A stretch of 64,000 bases of DNA from Vicugna vicugna (Eukaryota), in assembly GCA_013265495.1 (NCBI GenBank), contig MU057584.1, positions 784,608 through 848,607 of the forward strand. The letters are read 5' to 3'. Position 1 is the stretch's first letter; every line of letters begins with the position of its first letter. The position numbers and the translations under genes are program-made. Below the pieces are notes generated by a model. That model saw only the letters and a program-made list of their open reading frames with translations. It did no database searches and had not been told where the DNA came from. This document shows positions 48,001 through 62,108 of the stretch, piece after piece.

Positions 48001-51000
48001 TATTAAGTACTTGGCATGCACCTTGTACTTGACATGCTTGTCTTATTGAATTCTCACCACTAACTTGGGAGGTAGATATATGGCCATTATCTCATCATCA
48101 TAGAAGGGGAAACTGAGTCTCCGAGAGGGCAAGTCAGTTACCTAAAGCCACACAGCTGGGATTTGAATTCAGTTCTATCGGACTCCAGAATCTCTGCTCC
48201 TACTGTCATGATAAGCTTGACTTTGTAAGAGTCTAAGAATTTCCTCTCCTAACAACTCAGGCAGAAAACTGCTAGGGCTAGAATCCTGGAGACTGATGAT
48301 CTCATGCCTCTCTAGTAGAGCTTCTAAAGTGGGTAGAAATAATAGTGATCACTCTTTATACATTATTTCATTGAATGCTCATCATAATCTATGGGGTAAA
48401 TATAATTAATATCTCTTCACAGATGAGAAAATGTAAGCTCAGATAGGTTAACTAATTTTATCCTGAGTCACCAGCAGGTCAATGGTGGAGAGGTGCTCAA
48501 AACCTACTCTGCTTAAATCCAAGCCCTGAGCTGGTTTCACACCAAAAAACAAACAAACAAACAAACAAACAAACAAAAAACCCTACTAATATGATAGCTA
48601 TTGAGGGTTTACTATACATCAGGCTGTATTTTAGGACTTTATATGGATTAAATAATCTAGTACCATATCCCAGAATAAAGATAGGTTCTATCATTATTCA
48701 CATTTTACATTCAAGGAAATTGAGGTCCAGAGAGGTTAAGTGACTTACTAAAGGTCACACAGCATAGAGCCAGGCAGTCTGACCCCAGGGTCCATGGTTA
48801 ACCACTGTGCTATCCCTAGCTCCTGAGCAAATTCCCAAGCCCATCTGGCCTCACTGTCTGCAGGGACAATGTCTGGGAATAGGTGTTTGGCCGAGATGGC
48901 TCCCCTAGTTGGTCTGGCCCCCAGCCATTTGTCCTCCCCTCACCCAGCCCTCTGGGGCTCCCATTGCTGACTCACCTTCACTCATAGGGGGCCAAGTCTG
49001 TTGAGGGGGTTGGGGGACTGGGGCAGGGGCTTGAGGCTGGGGTTGAGGCTGGGGTTGTAGTTGTGGCTGGGGCTGTGGGGGCGGCTGCGGCTGTGGTTGG
49101 GGCTGGGCCTGTGGAGGAGCCTGGGGCTGGGGAGGCAGCTTAGGCGGGGGAGCTCGGGAGAAGATGGGGGAGCCAGGGAGCATGGCCCTGCTGGCCCCGT
49201 GCTCCCAGAAGGCATTCTGCAGTTTGAATATTATTCCATATGGGGGAGCCAGGGAGCATGGCCCTGCTGGCCCCGTGCTCCCAGAAGGCATTCTGCAGTT
49301 TGAATATCATGCTGAGGGGGATGGGGGGCTGGCGGGGGGCCCTGCGGGGCTGGGGGCTGGAAGGAGGCATAGGGATGCGGCTGACAGGTTGCCAGTTTCG
49401 AGGCAAAGTCCCTGATGGTGCCGCGGAGCCCAGAGATCGGCGATAGCTGCCTACATCGGAACGCCTGTCGTTGGCCAGAGGAGAGACCTTGTAATTGCGG
49501 GGCAAAGTAGCGCTGGTGAGGTTGTCCTGGGGGAGAAAGAGGGAAGGAAGGAAGGAAGAAGGGGCTCAGGTGGGAAAAAGTTAGGAGTAACAGAATGAAT
49601 GCTAAGGGAGGGGAGGAAGGGAGGTGGGGGGTAAGGGCAAAAAGTGATGAGGGAGAGGAGGAGGAGAAGGGAGACAGAGAGGGAAAGAAAGAGGGTCAGG
49701 AAGGGGGACAGAAATCTAGGATAAAGGAAGAGCGAGGGGAAGGGTGCAGAAACTGCCGGCGCAGCCAGGAGGGGGAGACTAGACCTGACCCCATCCTTAC
49801 CCACCACCCCCTCCCCAAGCTTCTCTGGCCCCTCACCTTGCCGGTGGCCCCCAGTCCACCATCCAGGCTGCTCTCTCTCCAGGGTAACAGCTGCAGGCCC
49901 GGTGAAGAGGGTCGCGCAAAGACGTCCAGGCCTGCGAGAAGGGAATCATTAGGGTCTGGGGGACTCCTCTCCGGCTCCCCGATTCCTCCGGTCTCTCATT
50001 ACTCACGTTCATAGCTTGCTGTCTGTGAGGACTTCTTCTCGTACGCCACGTCCAGGTCAGACTCGTTCCAGGCTTTGGGGGGCCGCCGGCGCAGCGTAAG
50101 GTCATCTAGGGAGAGGTCGCCAATGAGGATGAGGGGGCAGGGAGACGCTAGCCCGCGCTCCTCCCACTCCTCGACACCCCACCTCCGCTCCCCGCCCTCA
50201 AGTTCGGCCCCCGGGCTCACCTTGCGCGCGCAGAGGCGGGGCGAAGGCGCTGCCGCCCGCGCCCAGTAGAGAGCTCCCAAAGGCCGCCGGCGCGTCGTAG
50301 GCTGCGGTCGGGGGGCGTGGCGAGGGCCCGCGCTCTGGGAAGAAGACCTGGGGCCCCTCCGCCAAGGGGCTGCCGCGCGGGGAGCCGGCACGACCCAAGA
50401 AGTCAAAGGGCGTGGGGGGACCCTGCTGGCGGAGCGGGCCCGAGCCCGGCCGCGGGGAAGGCGCACGGCCGAGGGGGCTGCCTGCGCCATCGAAGGCGCG
50501 GGGCCGGGGCGAGGGCGCGCGGTCCAGGCTGCCGTAGGTGTCCGGCTGCAGGTAGAGCGGGGTGCGCGGGGACGACGGCCGGCCCTTAGCGGACAGCGAG
50601 CTGTAGGGGAGCAGAGCTGGGGCGCTCTCGGAGCGTCCGAACGGGGTGTCTGCGCTGTCGGTGGTCGCCTTCCGGGGGGACCCGCGGTTGCCTAAGGGCT
50701 CGGGGACCGGGCTGGAACTGTACCGGGACAGCTGTGGGAAGGTCAGGACATTGAGGGGTCAAAGTAGACGTTGGTAGAGGGTTGGTAGGAGGTCGATAGA
50801 TGTGACGGAAAATCAATCCTGGGGGTTGGAGCTGGAGATTCTGGCAGAGAGCCCACGAGAAAGGTGTTGGGGAGACAGCCCTGAAATCAGGGCTGAGGTT
50901 AGCACATAGAGTGCCTTTGCGCCGCTTAGAATAAAGTCCCCTTTCCTTTCGAGAGTCCTGACCGATGTCCACTTCCACAGGTTCCCTCTATCAAGTGCCC

Positions 51001-51397
51001 TTTAATAGCCCACAACCTGCACAGCCCTATGGGACAGGCTTGCCTGGACTCCATGCGGAAATATACTGATTTTGAGGGCCAGGGTGGGGACGAGAGCGAG
51101 CAGTCTCACCCGAGCGGGGGCTCCGGCCTGCGAGCCAGGAGGCGTTGGTGAGTCTGACCACAGCGATTCCAGCTGCTTGGTCAGTTCGTCCACCTTAGCC
51201 GCCGCCGTGTCCAGCTCCATCTGCTTCAGGTCCATGTGCTTCATGGCCAGAGCTGGGCGGGCAGGAGTGGAGGTAAGGACCCAGACCTCTGGGCAGGGTC
51301 CAGCCTCTCCCCTCTGAGGGCCCGCCCCCTACCGCAGCTCACACTGAAAATTCAGATCCAGAAGGTCCCGCGAGCTCTGGAAAGCCTCGCTGTCCAT
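42001..51397 (-). CDS. PPP1R13L: iASPP / RelA-associated inhibitor; frame disrupted in exon 7 as assembled
   Basis: Exons 51397-51343, 51252-51110, 50731-50221, 50105-50007, 49931-49837, 49526-48976, 47816-47362, 45191-45060, 44970-44837, 44734-44568, 43071-42872, 42039-42001. Starts [29 protein letters not shown]; Pro/Gln-rich middle, ankyrin repeats ([22 protein letters not shown]) and SH3 ([17 protein letters not shown]...YVPRNYFG). Removing the 76-nt insert gives 2505 nt (834 aa). Confidence 0.95.
49164..49307. repeat. PPP1R13L: Perfect 68-bp direct duplication with 8-bp spacer in PPP1R13L exon 7
   Basis: 49164-49231 is identical to 49240-49307; spacer TATTCCAT at 49232-49239. Confidence 0.95.
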
Positions 51398-54300
51398 GGT
51401 GCCGGCCGGAGCGGGGCGCCTGCGGTTGGGGGTGCGGGGGGAGAGCCTTCTCAGAGCCCGCCCGCAGGGAACCAGGGGAAGCGAGGAGAGGGACAGCGCC
51501 TTTACTCTCCTAGTTCCTTCCACTGGAAGCGCTATGCGCCTCCACTTCCCTGGCTGGGAAATGTCAACTCCTGCAAAGCCCTCCTAGAAGGCTAAGGACA
51601 GTTCAGTCTACTTGGCTCCTTGTCTTTCTCGCTATCTCAGCCCTAAGAAGACTTGATCATTCCTTCAACAATTATCCACTGATCACCTAACTATGTGCCA
51701 GGCATTATAGTGAACAGCTGTTGCAATAATAATATCAATTACTGGATGCTCACTAGGGACCAGGAGACACTGACAAAGACTGGGGATCTTTTAAAAAATA
51801 ATGACTGTGCTGCCTATTATATCCCAGGGCCTGTGCTAGTTGCTTAAGGGTATAATGAAATAAAACAACCATTTATTGAGGGAACACTGCCCCCTAGAAT
51901 TGTGCCAAGTGCTCTTCTTCCATGATCAAAACCTCCATAGCAAGCAAGAAAGTGGGGGACCTTTTGTTCAGGGTCACCATGCAAGAAGTCCCCATATTGA
52001 CTTTTACACCTGGACCTAACTTTTCATTCTCGGTCATCTCCACCAGACTGGAGGGGCTCCAGAGGATGGGGACCACTCAGCTTCCTCTCCCCAGAGACGA
52101 CCTGGTTCACACGGACCCAGCATTAACAGGAAGAACAGGGAGGAGGCCAAGGAAGGCTGGGCCACTGTGGTCACCAGCCCAGTGAGAAGGAGGCAGGCCA
52201 CTGGGAACCAGTCAAGCCAGCACCATCCCCATCTCCATGGTAGCCGCCACGCCCGCCAGCCCTGCCACCTCCCCAGTGCACCAACCGACCGCTTACATTT
52301 GACTTAGGGTGAGGCGTGGGCAGCAGGGCGGGCTGGGGCGTGCTGATTCTGGCCTCTGTCTGGGAAGCCTCGGAACAGAACCTGTTGGGGCTGGTGGCTC
52401 ATTTGGGTGTGTTGGGAGTGTGTGACCTTGGGCTACAAGGCCCCTTCATTCCTTGGGCCTCAGTTTCCCCAACAGTGAAAGGAGGAGTCAAATCAGCTAT
52501 TCTGAGAAGCCTCCTCAATCTCTCAGAGGTCTAGATTCTTAAATTATAAACACCTTGAGATTGTAATTAAATTTCTACAGAACCTAAAACTGCCAGCCTG
52601 AGAGGCTATTGTTTAAAAGTTCTGAGACCAAGATTCTACCTTTTGGAACATTCTAGAATTCTCTACTTTGGCTAGTCTGGATTCCTCTGTCTTCCTGCTC
52701 CGAGTTCTACCTATACCAAGAGTCCAATGTCTTAAAAGTCTAGATGAATGTTTGGTACAGTGGAGTTGCTAAAAACACAATTAAGGAGCCAGACTTCCAG
52801 GGTTCAAATCAGGTGGTACCACTGTCCCATCTGACAAGAGTGCCTCAGTCTCCTGATCTGTAAAATGAGGATAAATAGCAGTCCACCTCAGAGGACTGTT
52901 GTGAGGATCCAACTGACCAGAAGGTGGAGAGGAGTTAAGATTCTGAGAATTGAGGCCTCAAAAAGTAGAGATTACAGGAATTAGAACTTATGTCTTTTAG
53001 GATCTATGAGATACACAGGAAACACTCTGGGTTCGTTGAATATTAAAATGAACCATCTATACTACCTCCAGTGCCAGCATTCTGGCAGGGAATGGTTCTT
53101 TTGGGGATTTCATTATTCCCAAATTCTAAGACTCTCAGGTCCCACGCTGACATCCTCTTGGTCTAAGGAAATGCCAAGGCTGAGCGTGGGACCGTCCGGG
53201 AGCCGATGCGGCAGAAGGGGGTGTCGGGGCCACCAGAGGGCGCTCCAGGTCACAGCCCGACCCCCGCCGGGGGGTGCTGACAGCGCCTGAGCTCAGACCC
53301 TGGGAATGCGCGGCGGGCCTGGGCAGGTGCCGCACCTCCTGCGGCAGGGGAGCGGGGGCCGGGTGGGGCGCGAGGGTGGCGCGGGCCGCGCCTCTGCTCC
53401 AGGCCCCTGTCCTCCACCCCCAGGTCCTCTCCGTCAGGCTCCCCCACCCTCCGCCCTTAGGTCTCCTTCCCGGCATCTTCTGCACCCCAGCCAGATTCTT
53501 TAGGGTTAAGAATCCGGGGGGTAGGGGGGGCGGGGAAAGGGTGGACTTCCTGGGGGAACCATCTTCAATGGGAATCGGGTCAGAGCGCCAGGCTGGGCTG
53601 GGAATACCCAGGTTGGAATCTTCCAGCTCTGTCAACACACTGATGCTGGGAGAGGCCCCACTCTCTCTGGGACTCAGCTTTCCCCTCTGTGAAATGGGCT
53701 AGGTCCCCTCCCTTCTTTAAACCTCCACCTTGGGCCAGTTATGCAGCTTCTCTGTGCCTCAGCTTCCTCGTGTATATTATGGGGGAATCAATACCTTCAC
53801 CTCAAAGAAGTGTGAGGTGTGAATGATAGAATTTATGTATAGTGTTTAGAACAGTGCAGGACACAAAGTGAAGTTCAGATGTAGAGGTTTCCTAATTCCC
53901 AGCCTTCCTTGGCTATTCATTAAGATAATTCAGAGCCTGGCACAGACTGAGGGCTGAAGACCCAAAGTAATTTTTTTTCCTCCAAAAGGGCTCTTTCAAA
54001 TCTGAGATTCTAAAAGCCCTGAGCTTTGACCCCTGGAATCTTGACTTCAGCCCTTGCATCTCAGAGCCCTAAATTCTCCCTGTGCTTTCCTGAGTTCGGG
54101 TCATCCCCAGTTCTGGCCCCTTCCAGGGCCTGGGTAGCCCTGGAACATTCCAAACAGAAGGTGGCAAAAGCCTAGTGTGTGGGCTGTGCCCACACTCCAA
54201 CCTCAGTTTCCCCACTGGACGAGGGAGAAGTCATTCCTCGGGGTGGGGTCAGGAAACCTTATTGGAAGTGAGACCCTTGGGTTGTTGCCAGAAACTTCTG

Positions 54301-55199
54301 TGGACAATGGGAACCATCAGTCTACCTGCCAGCCCTGAGCCTGGCATGCTGTGAGCTCTGTCTTGGCAGCCACGGTTATTATTTTTAATTTCATCTCAGG
54401 CTATCACCAAATGCCATTAAAGCCCAGACATTAGGAAGTTCTTTCTCTCTCCTGGGAACCCCCTGCCTCCCCCACCCCCTTGCTTAATCCCCTCACATGA
54501 CGCATGGGGGTGGAGAGAAGGGAGAGACAGGGCCCTGCCTCCCACAGCTTCAAGGACAGACACACACCTCCAGAATTAGCCTCTATCCTCCCTTATCTCC
54601 CACACTACTTCAGGTCAGCCAGATGGGGGTGGAGGTGACATTTCTCACCTCAGGGTCAGGGCCAGGAGCCCTAGGAGAAAAGTTAGTCAGATAATCCAGT
54701 TGGAGAGGATGGAATCCCGTCCCCCAGACAGCGGCTGAGGAAGGGGGAAGTCAAATACCTGATTCACAGTTCTGCTGCCCGGGTGACCTCTAAGCCTCAG
54801 TTTACCCCCATCTTCCGTAGGTAATGACTGTATAGTGCCCAGCCACGCAAGCCTTCCAGAATCGAACCCCACCTTCTGGAATTCTGTCCTGGGTTCTAAA
54901 ACACATTTTGCAAACCCCAGATATTTCCCACCTTTATGAGGCAATAGGAGGCCCCCCGCCCCCGCCAGGGGGCGCCCTGGGGCGGAGGTCCCTCCTCTGG
55001 TTAGGCAGGTCTGACACCCCGGTTAATGACATGTTGGGGATCGCGCAGCGGCACAGAGGAGGTTGGAGACCTGCCCTGCTTCCCTTACCCTCGGCCCCTA
55101 CCTTGGAACCAGACAGTGGGGGGAACGCTGGACACAGCCTCCAGAGGGACCCCGGGTGTTTGTTCTGCTTCATTTTAGGAACCCGGGTTCCACTATTCC

Positions 55200-57800
55200 C
55201 ACTCCACCCCTAATTCTGCTCGGAGGTCTAGAGATTCGGTCGAGAAAGCAGCTGAAGGGCGGCAGGGACGGCCGCCCATTCCAGAGCCCCAGCAGTCCGA
55301 GCCTCCCATTTCTGCCCGAAAGATTCGCTACCCCAATTCTACTCCAGGATTCAGGCTTCCAAGAGCCTCCAGTTCGAGGGACTCAGGAGCCCCAGCTCCA
55401 AACGTCTCCTCGAGACCAAGGCATCCGAGCCCTCTACTCCAAGAACTCAGGCATCTGAGCCCCCTTTTCCTTATGGCCAGTAAATCAGGCATCGCAGTTT
55501 CATTCTTCTAACGTCCCTGGCGTCTGCGCACCCCCAATTCTGCCCTGGGACCCGGCGTCCGAGTCTCCTCCCAGTCCTCCCAGAGACGAGAGTGTTGGGC
55601 TCCTTCAGAGCCGCTGAACCCGGGGAGGAGGGTGTAACTCACGGATCCGGGGCAGGTCTTGGTACCGGGGGGCTTCCTCCGGCTCCAGCTCCGGCTGCGG
55701 GGAGCAGAGGACGGGGCGGGGCAGGCGCCGGGAACAGGTTAGACGACGTGACTCCGACAGGAGGGAGGTGGGTCCCGGAGGGAAGGGGGAGACAGGGTCG
55801 CCTCGTGCACCTTGGGACTTGTAGTCCCAGAGGGGAAGGACGTAGACGGAGACTAACATTTGGAGTAGTCGCCCAAAGTCCATTTCACAGACAGGAAAGG
55901 TGAGGCCCAAAGGCAGAGGGCGACCTGACTACTTTAGAGTCCAGACTCCTACTCGCTGTGGCTGCAGGAGATGGACCCCTGAGTCCCTGCCGCACCCCTT
56001 CAGGCTGAGTTTCCCCCTTCTTGAATGAAGATCTGGATGCCACCAAAGAGGTAGAAGGTTACATAAATCTGGGGGAGACACATCCCTCGACCCCCAAGGC
56101 GGGGGATGCTAGAAATCAGTGTACCCTCGAGTCTCTGAGCCTCGATCTCCCCGTCGGTAAAAAGTGCAGTTTGGAACTTTACAGAATTTCCCAGCAACAG
56201 TGCCCGAAGTCAGAGGCTGGGACTACAATTCCCAGCAGCTTCCGCGACCAACGTCGGGCTCCTCCCCGCCTCGCGTTGTCTGGGAATTGTAGTCCCGGAG
56301 CCCTCAGGGGCGGCGCCCCGTGTCTCGCCCACGCGCGGGAACTGTATGGTAATCCCCGGAGGAGACAACGCATCCTCTTTCCCTGACCCTCCTTCCGCTC
56401 AGAAAAGCCGCTGGCTCCCTGAAAGGTGGGCACCCCAGTTCTAAAGTAGGATCAGAAATCTCGGCCGAGGGGGCGGGAATCAGCGCTGACACACCGGTCA
56501 GGAATGCAGTTGGGTCACCCTGTCTAGCCACCGTCCCGCGGCTCCGCCCGTCTCCCCACGCGGTGCGGTCCCTGTGGGAAAGGGCGTGAGCGCGTCCCCA
56601 AATCTGCGTCCACGTGCCGCTGTTTACACGCGCCCGGGGACAGGGAAGGGGCGCTGGTCGGGACTTCTACACCCTCTCCCTTTCTCTGAAGCTTTAGGAA
56701 TGTCCCTCACGCATGGGACTAAATCCTCGGGGTACTACCCGTGTCATTTGGTCCACAGCCTCTCCCCTTAGTTCGCACCTCCCCACGCGGGTCCAGCTCT
56801 CGAGTGCGGAGGCTCCGCCCCGGGATCCACAGGCTCCTCCCCGTATGTTTCCCGCTCCCCCGGAGTCCAGAAGCCCCGCCCCTAGCTGGTGCTTAAAGCC
56901 CTCGGGAGGAATTACCCCCATTCCTCCATTTTCTCACCTCTCCCGCTCAAGTTCTGAACTTCCGAGACAACTGGACCTCCCTAGAAGAGACTGTAACACT
57001 GAAAGCACAGGACTGCCAACCTAGACTCTTACCCGTCTCTTTAAGAATTCCAGACCAATCGATCTTCCTGTCTCTTTAAGAGTTAGGGCTTATCAATGTG
57101 GCTGCCCCTTTAAGGCAACTTTGGAGCAAATCATGTCCAAGTGACTCGGGGGATACCTGCAGGGACCTGGTGCGGCTCTAACTCCAGCCAGACAGCGAAT
57201 CAGCTGATCTCTGGAGCAGAAGTTTCTTGGAAAAGATATCTTTCTCAGGTGTCTGCTCTGCACGAGTGGAAATTTCCCCCATTTTTGTTCAGAGAGAGAG
57301 CGGTCTCCGAGCGACCCTCCCGCGCTCCCGCACCCCCGCACCACATGGACCCTCCCAGGTGAGGCCCCACCCCTTTGGTTCCACGTGGTCGGCGGCGGGG
57401 CCTAAGTGGCTGTGGCTGCTGGGTCTATGTGAGGCATGGGTCCCGGGACGGCGGGGACCCCATCCGGCGGTGAGTTGCTTCACTGTGGGTCGACGGGGTG
57501 CAGAGTTAGCTGGCGGGAGGAGAAAGGGGCGCCCTGCGGCGTTCAGACGGAAAACGGGACATCCTCGGAGACAGGACCTGCGGAGAGTGTGTCCCCCAGG
57601 GACTGGCAGGGTTTGGGGGGGGATTCCGGATGAAGGGAGGATATCTTTCGGGGGAGTACCGGCGGAGAGAACGAGGGTTGGATCGGCGGAAACAGAGGCG
57701 CCTTTGGGGAACAGGCCGGAGAGAGGAAAGATGTGGAGAGTGGATTGGGGCGGTCAAGAAGTTGGGGCCGACGGACCGATGGGCGCCTTGGAGGATTAGA
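55200..57800. promoter_or_regulatory. Bidirectional CpG-island promoter of PPP1R13L and POLR1G
   Basis: CpG-rich; candidate PPP1R13L non-coding exon donor CC|GTGAGT at 55643/55642 (minus); ZNF143-type ACTACAnnTCCCA motifs at 55812-55828, 56219-56235 and 56280-56296; CACGTG E-boxes. Confidence 0.75.
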
Positions 57801-59578
57801 CCGGCCGTTAAGTGTCAACAGACCCCCGGTTTCCCCTTCTGCAGGTGCTGCTCGGTTTTCTTGTCCCCCCAACTTTACTGCGACGCCCCCAGCCTCAGAG
57901 CACAGCCGATTCTCTTTGGAGGCATTGACGGGCCCAGATACAGAACTGTGGCTTATCCAGGCCCCTGTAGACTTCGCCCCAGACTGGTGAGTGGTCCCAT
58001 GCCACCTTCCGGGAATACTCCCCACCGTACGGACTGAATCTGGGGGAAATTCAGCAGGGCTTTCCTGGGGAATCCAGAAATGCTGCTTCTCAGCTCCTTT
58101 CCCCTGTCCCACTCAAAGAATCTGACCCAGCTTCTGTCTTCCCCCTTTCTCCCCTCAGCCTCAATGGGCGGCTCGTGCCTCTCTCTGGCTCCCAGACAGT
58201 GAAGGGCAAGTTGGCAGGCAAGCGGCACCGCTACCGGGTCCTCAGCAGGAGTGGCCCCCAGGCTGGAGGAGAAGCAACCCTGCTGGCCCCCTCAGCGGAG
58301 GCAGGAGGGGGCCTCACCTGTGCCCCAGTCCCCCACGGCAGCCTAAGGATCTTTGAGGGTCCCCAGGAAGCCCCAACAGGGACCCTGCTGCAGCCCATTC
58401 CTACAAGTCCCCCACCACAAATCCCCCCTGGCCTGCGGCCTCGGTTCTGTGCCTTTGGAGGCAGCACACCAGTCACAGGGCCTGGGTCAGTCTCAGCACT
58501 GAAGTCACCGGCCTTGGGGAAGAGAAAAAAAAAGAAGCATATGCCAGAGGCCTCAGTTCCTCAGGAGGCAGTGAATGAGCATGGAGCCCTGGAGGTGGAC
58601 ACAGCTTTGGGATCCCCAGAGATGGATGTAGGGAAGAAGAAAAAAAAGCAGCAGCTGGAAGAATTGGAGGTGACAGAGCCGGTGGCAACAGAGCCCGCTG
58701 CTGAGACGTTGGAGCCCCAGGGAGTGCTGCTCCCATCCACCACCAAGAAGAGGAAAAAGAAGCCCAAAGAGGTAGAAATGGTCAAGCCAGAAATGGGGAT
58801 GCTGAAGACAGAAGAAAAAACAGTGGAGCTGGAATGTATGGTTAAAACTGAGCCTCAGGAAGAGACAGTCCTGTCCCCTACCAAAAAGAGGAAGAGGCAG
58901 AAGGGGACAGAAGGGATGGAGTCAGTGGATGGGACGATAGTTGAGTCTCAGCTGCAGGTGAAGTTGGAGCCACAGGGGGAAGCCATCCCACCGCCATCTT
59001 CGAAGAAGCAGAAAAAAGAAAAGGGGTCCAGAGTGATGAGGGAGCCAGGGACTGAGGCTACAGAGCCAGAGATGAAACCCTTGGAGCTCCCAGGGGAAGT
59101 GATGGAGTCTGAACTGCCGCAGGAAGTGGAGCCTCAGGCTGAGGCAGCCCTGGCATCCACCAAAAAGAGAAAGAAAGAAAAACGGCAGAACGCGATGGTG
59201 GAGCCAGGGCCAGAGATGCAGCCCCAAGAAGAGGTGATGAAGCCTCAGCTGCCAGATGCCGTTGAGTCTCAGGCAGCTCTAGCATCCACCAAGAGGAAGA
59301 AGAAAGAAAGAGGGCACAAACCACCAGAGCCAGGGACTGAGATGATTAACCCACAAGGTGAGATGATGGAGCCTGAGCTGTTGGATGCGGGAGAGCCTGA
59401 GACCAAGGCAGACCCAGCATCCACCAAGAAGAGGAAGAAGCGGGGCCAGGAAAGCCAGGTGCCAGAGACAGTGTCCCAGGAGGAGATGCCAGAGCCACCA
59501 CTGAATTCGGAGCCTAGGGAGCCAGCTCCCATGGGACAGGAAAGGAAGCGGAAGAAGCCACAGCAGGATCCTGCCTAG
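57436..59578 (+). CDS. POLR1G: RNA polymerase I subunit RPA34 / PAF49 (CD3EAP, ASE-1), 531 aa
   Basis: Exons 57436-57469, 57845-57986, 58159-59578 sum to 1596 nt in frame: [10 protein letters not shown]...ELWLIQAP...[14 protein letters not shown]...[18 protein letters not shown], then a Lys/Glu-rich repetitive tail. Confidence 0.93.
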
Positions 59579-59716
59579 TCTCCTCCAGGGAGACTGACGA
59601 CTGCAACTAAGACAAGCTGAAGGTGGCCACCTGGGCCATCAGAAGGCGAGGGCAGAGAAGGGACCCTCCCAGGGACCGCACCAGCACATCCACGGGAGTC
59701 TGCACCAGGAAAATGC

Positions 59717-59722
59717 TTTATT
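59717..59722 (-). terminator. ERCC1: ERCC1 proximal polyadenylation signal AATAAA
   Basis: TTTATT on plus, about 30 nt after the ERCC1 stop codon. Confidence 0.8.
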
Positions 59723-59753
59723 GTTACACCGAGAGCCTCCTTGGCAGCTGAGG

Positions 59754-61669
<1,916 letters not shown>

Positions 61670-62011
61670 CTAGATTAATTTCATTTGCTGATGCTAAGAA
61701 TTCCAAACTCTAATACACAGAAAAATTAACTTTTGCAAACTGTCCTAAATGTCCCCTTGATTCAGTAACCCTTGCTGGACAGGTGCATCTTTACACATCT
61801 TCTTTGGCTAAGGGCCAGAGCTTAGGAGCCTGACCCACTGGGAGCCTTTCCATCTGAGCTGCCCTGGGCCAATGATTTTCATCTCTCTGGGCCATGGTTT
61901 CCTCATCTGTAAAGTGGGGTGGATGCCAGTGACAAATTAAATAAGTCCATTCTTTCTAACTGCTCAGAACCATGTCTGGCACTTAGAAGCCTATTTAAAA
62001 AATGTTAGCTG

Positions 62012-62108
62012 AGGAAGAGGGTAGCTCAGTGGTAAAGTACATGCTTAGCATCCACAAGGTCCTGGGTTCAATCCCCAATACCTCCATTAACAAAAAATAA
62101 ATAAGTAA
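62012..62108 (+). mobile_element. tRNA-derived SINE (camelid type)
   Basis: GGTAGCTCAGTGGTAAAG..GCTTAGCAT..GGGTTCAATCCCCAATACCTCCATT; flanked by the repeat AAATGTTAGCT (TSD-like). Confidence 0.85.

Noticed and set aside
49164..49307. Newly born intron from tandem duplication rescuing the PPP1R13L frame
   Set aside because: The sense-strand repeat unit contains no AG|GT or AG|GC junction, so exact 76-nt excision by canonical splicing is not available.
57345..57362. Upstream ATG GAC CCT CCC AG|GTGAGG as POLR1G coding exon 1
   Set aside because: 14 nt gives phase 2, out of frame with exon 2, which needs phase 1; at most a uORF or minor 5' variant.
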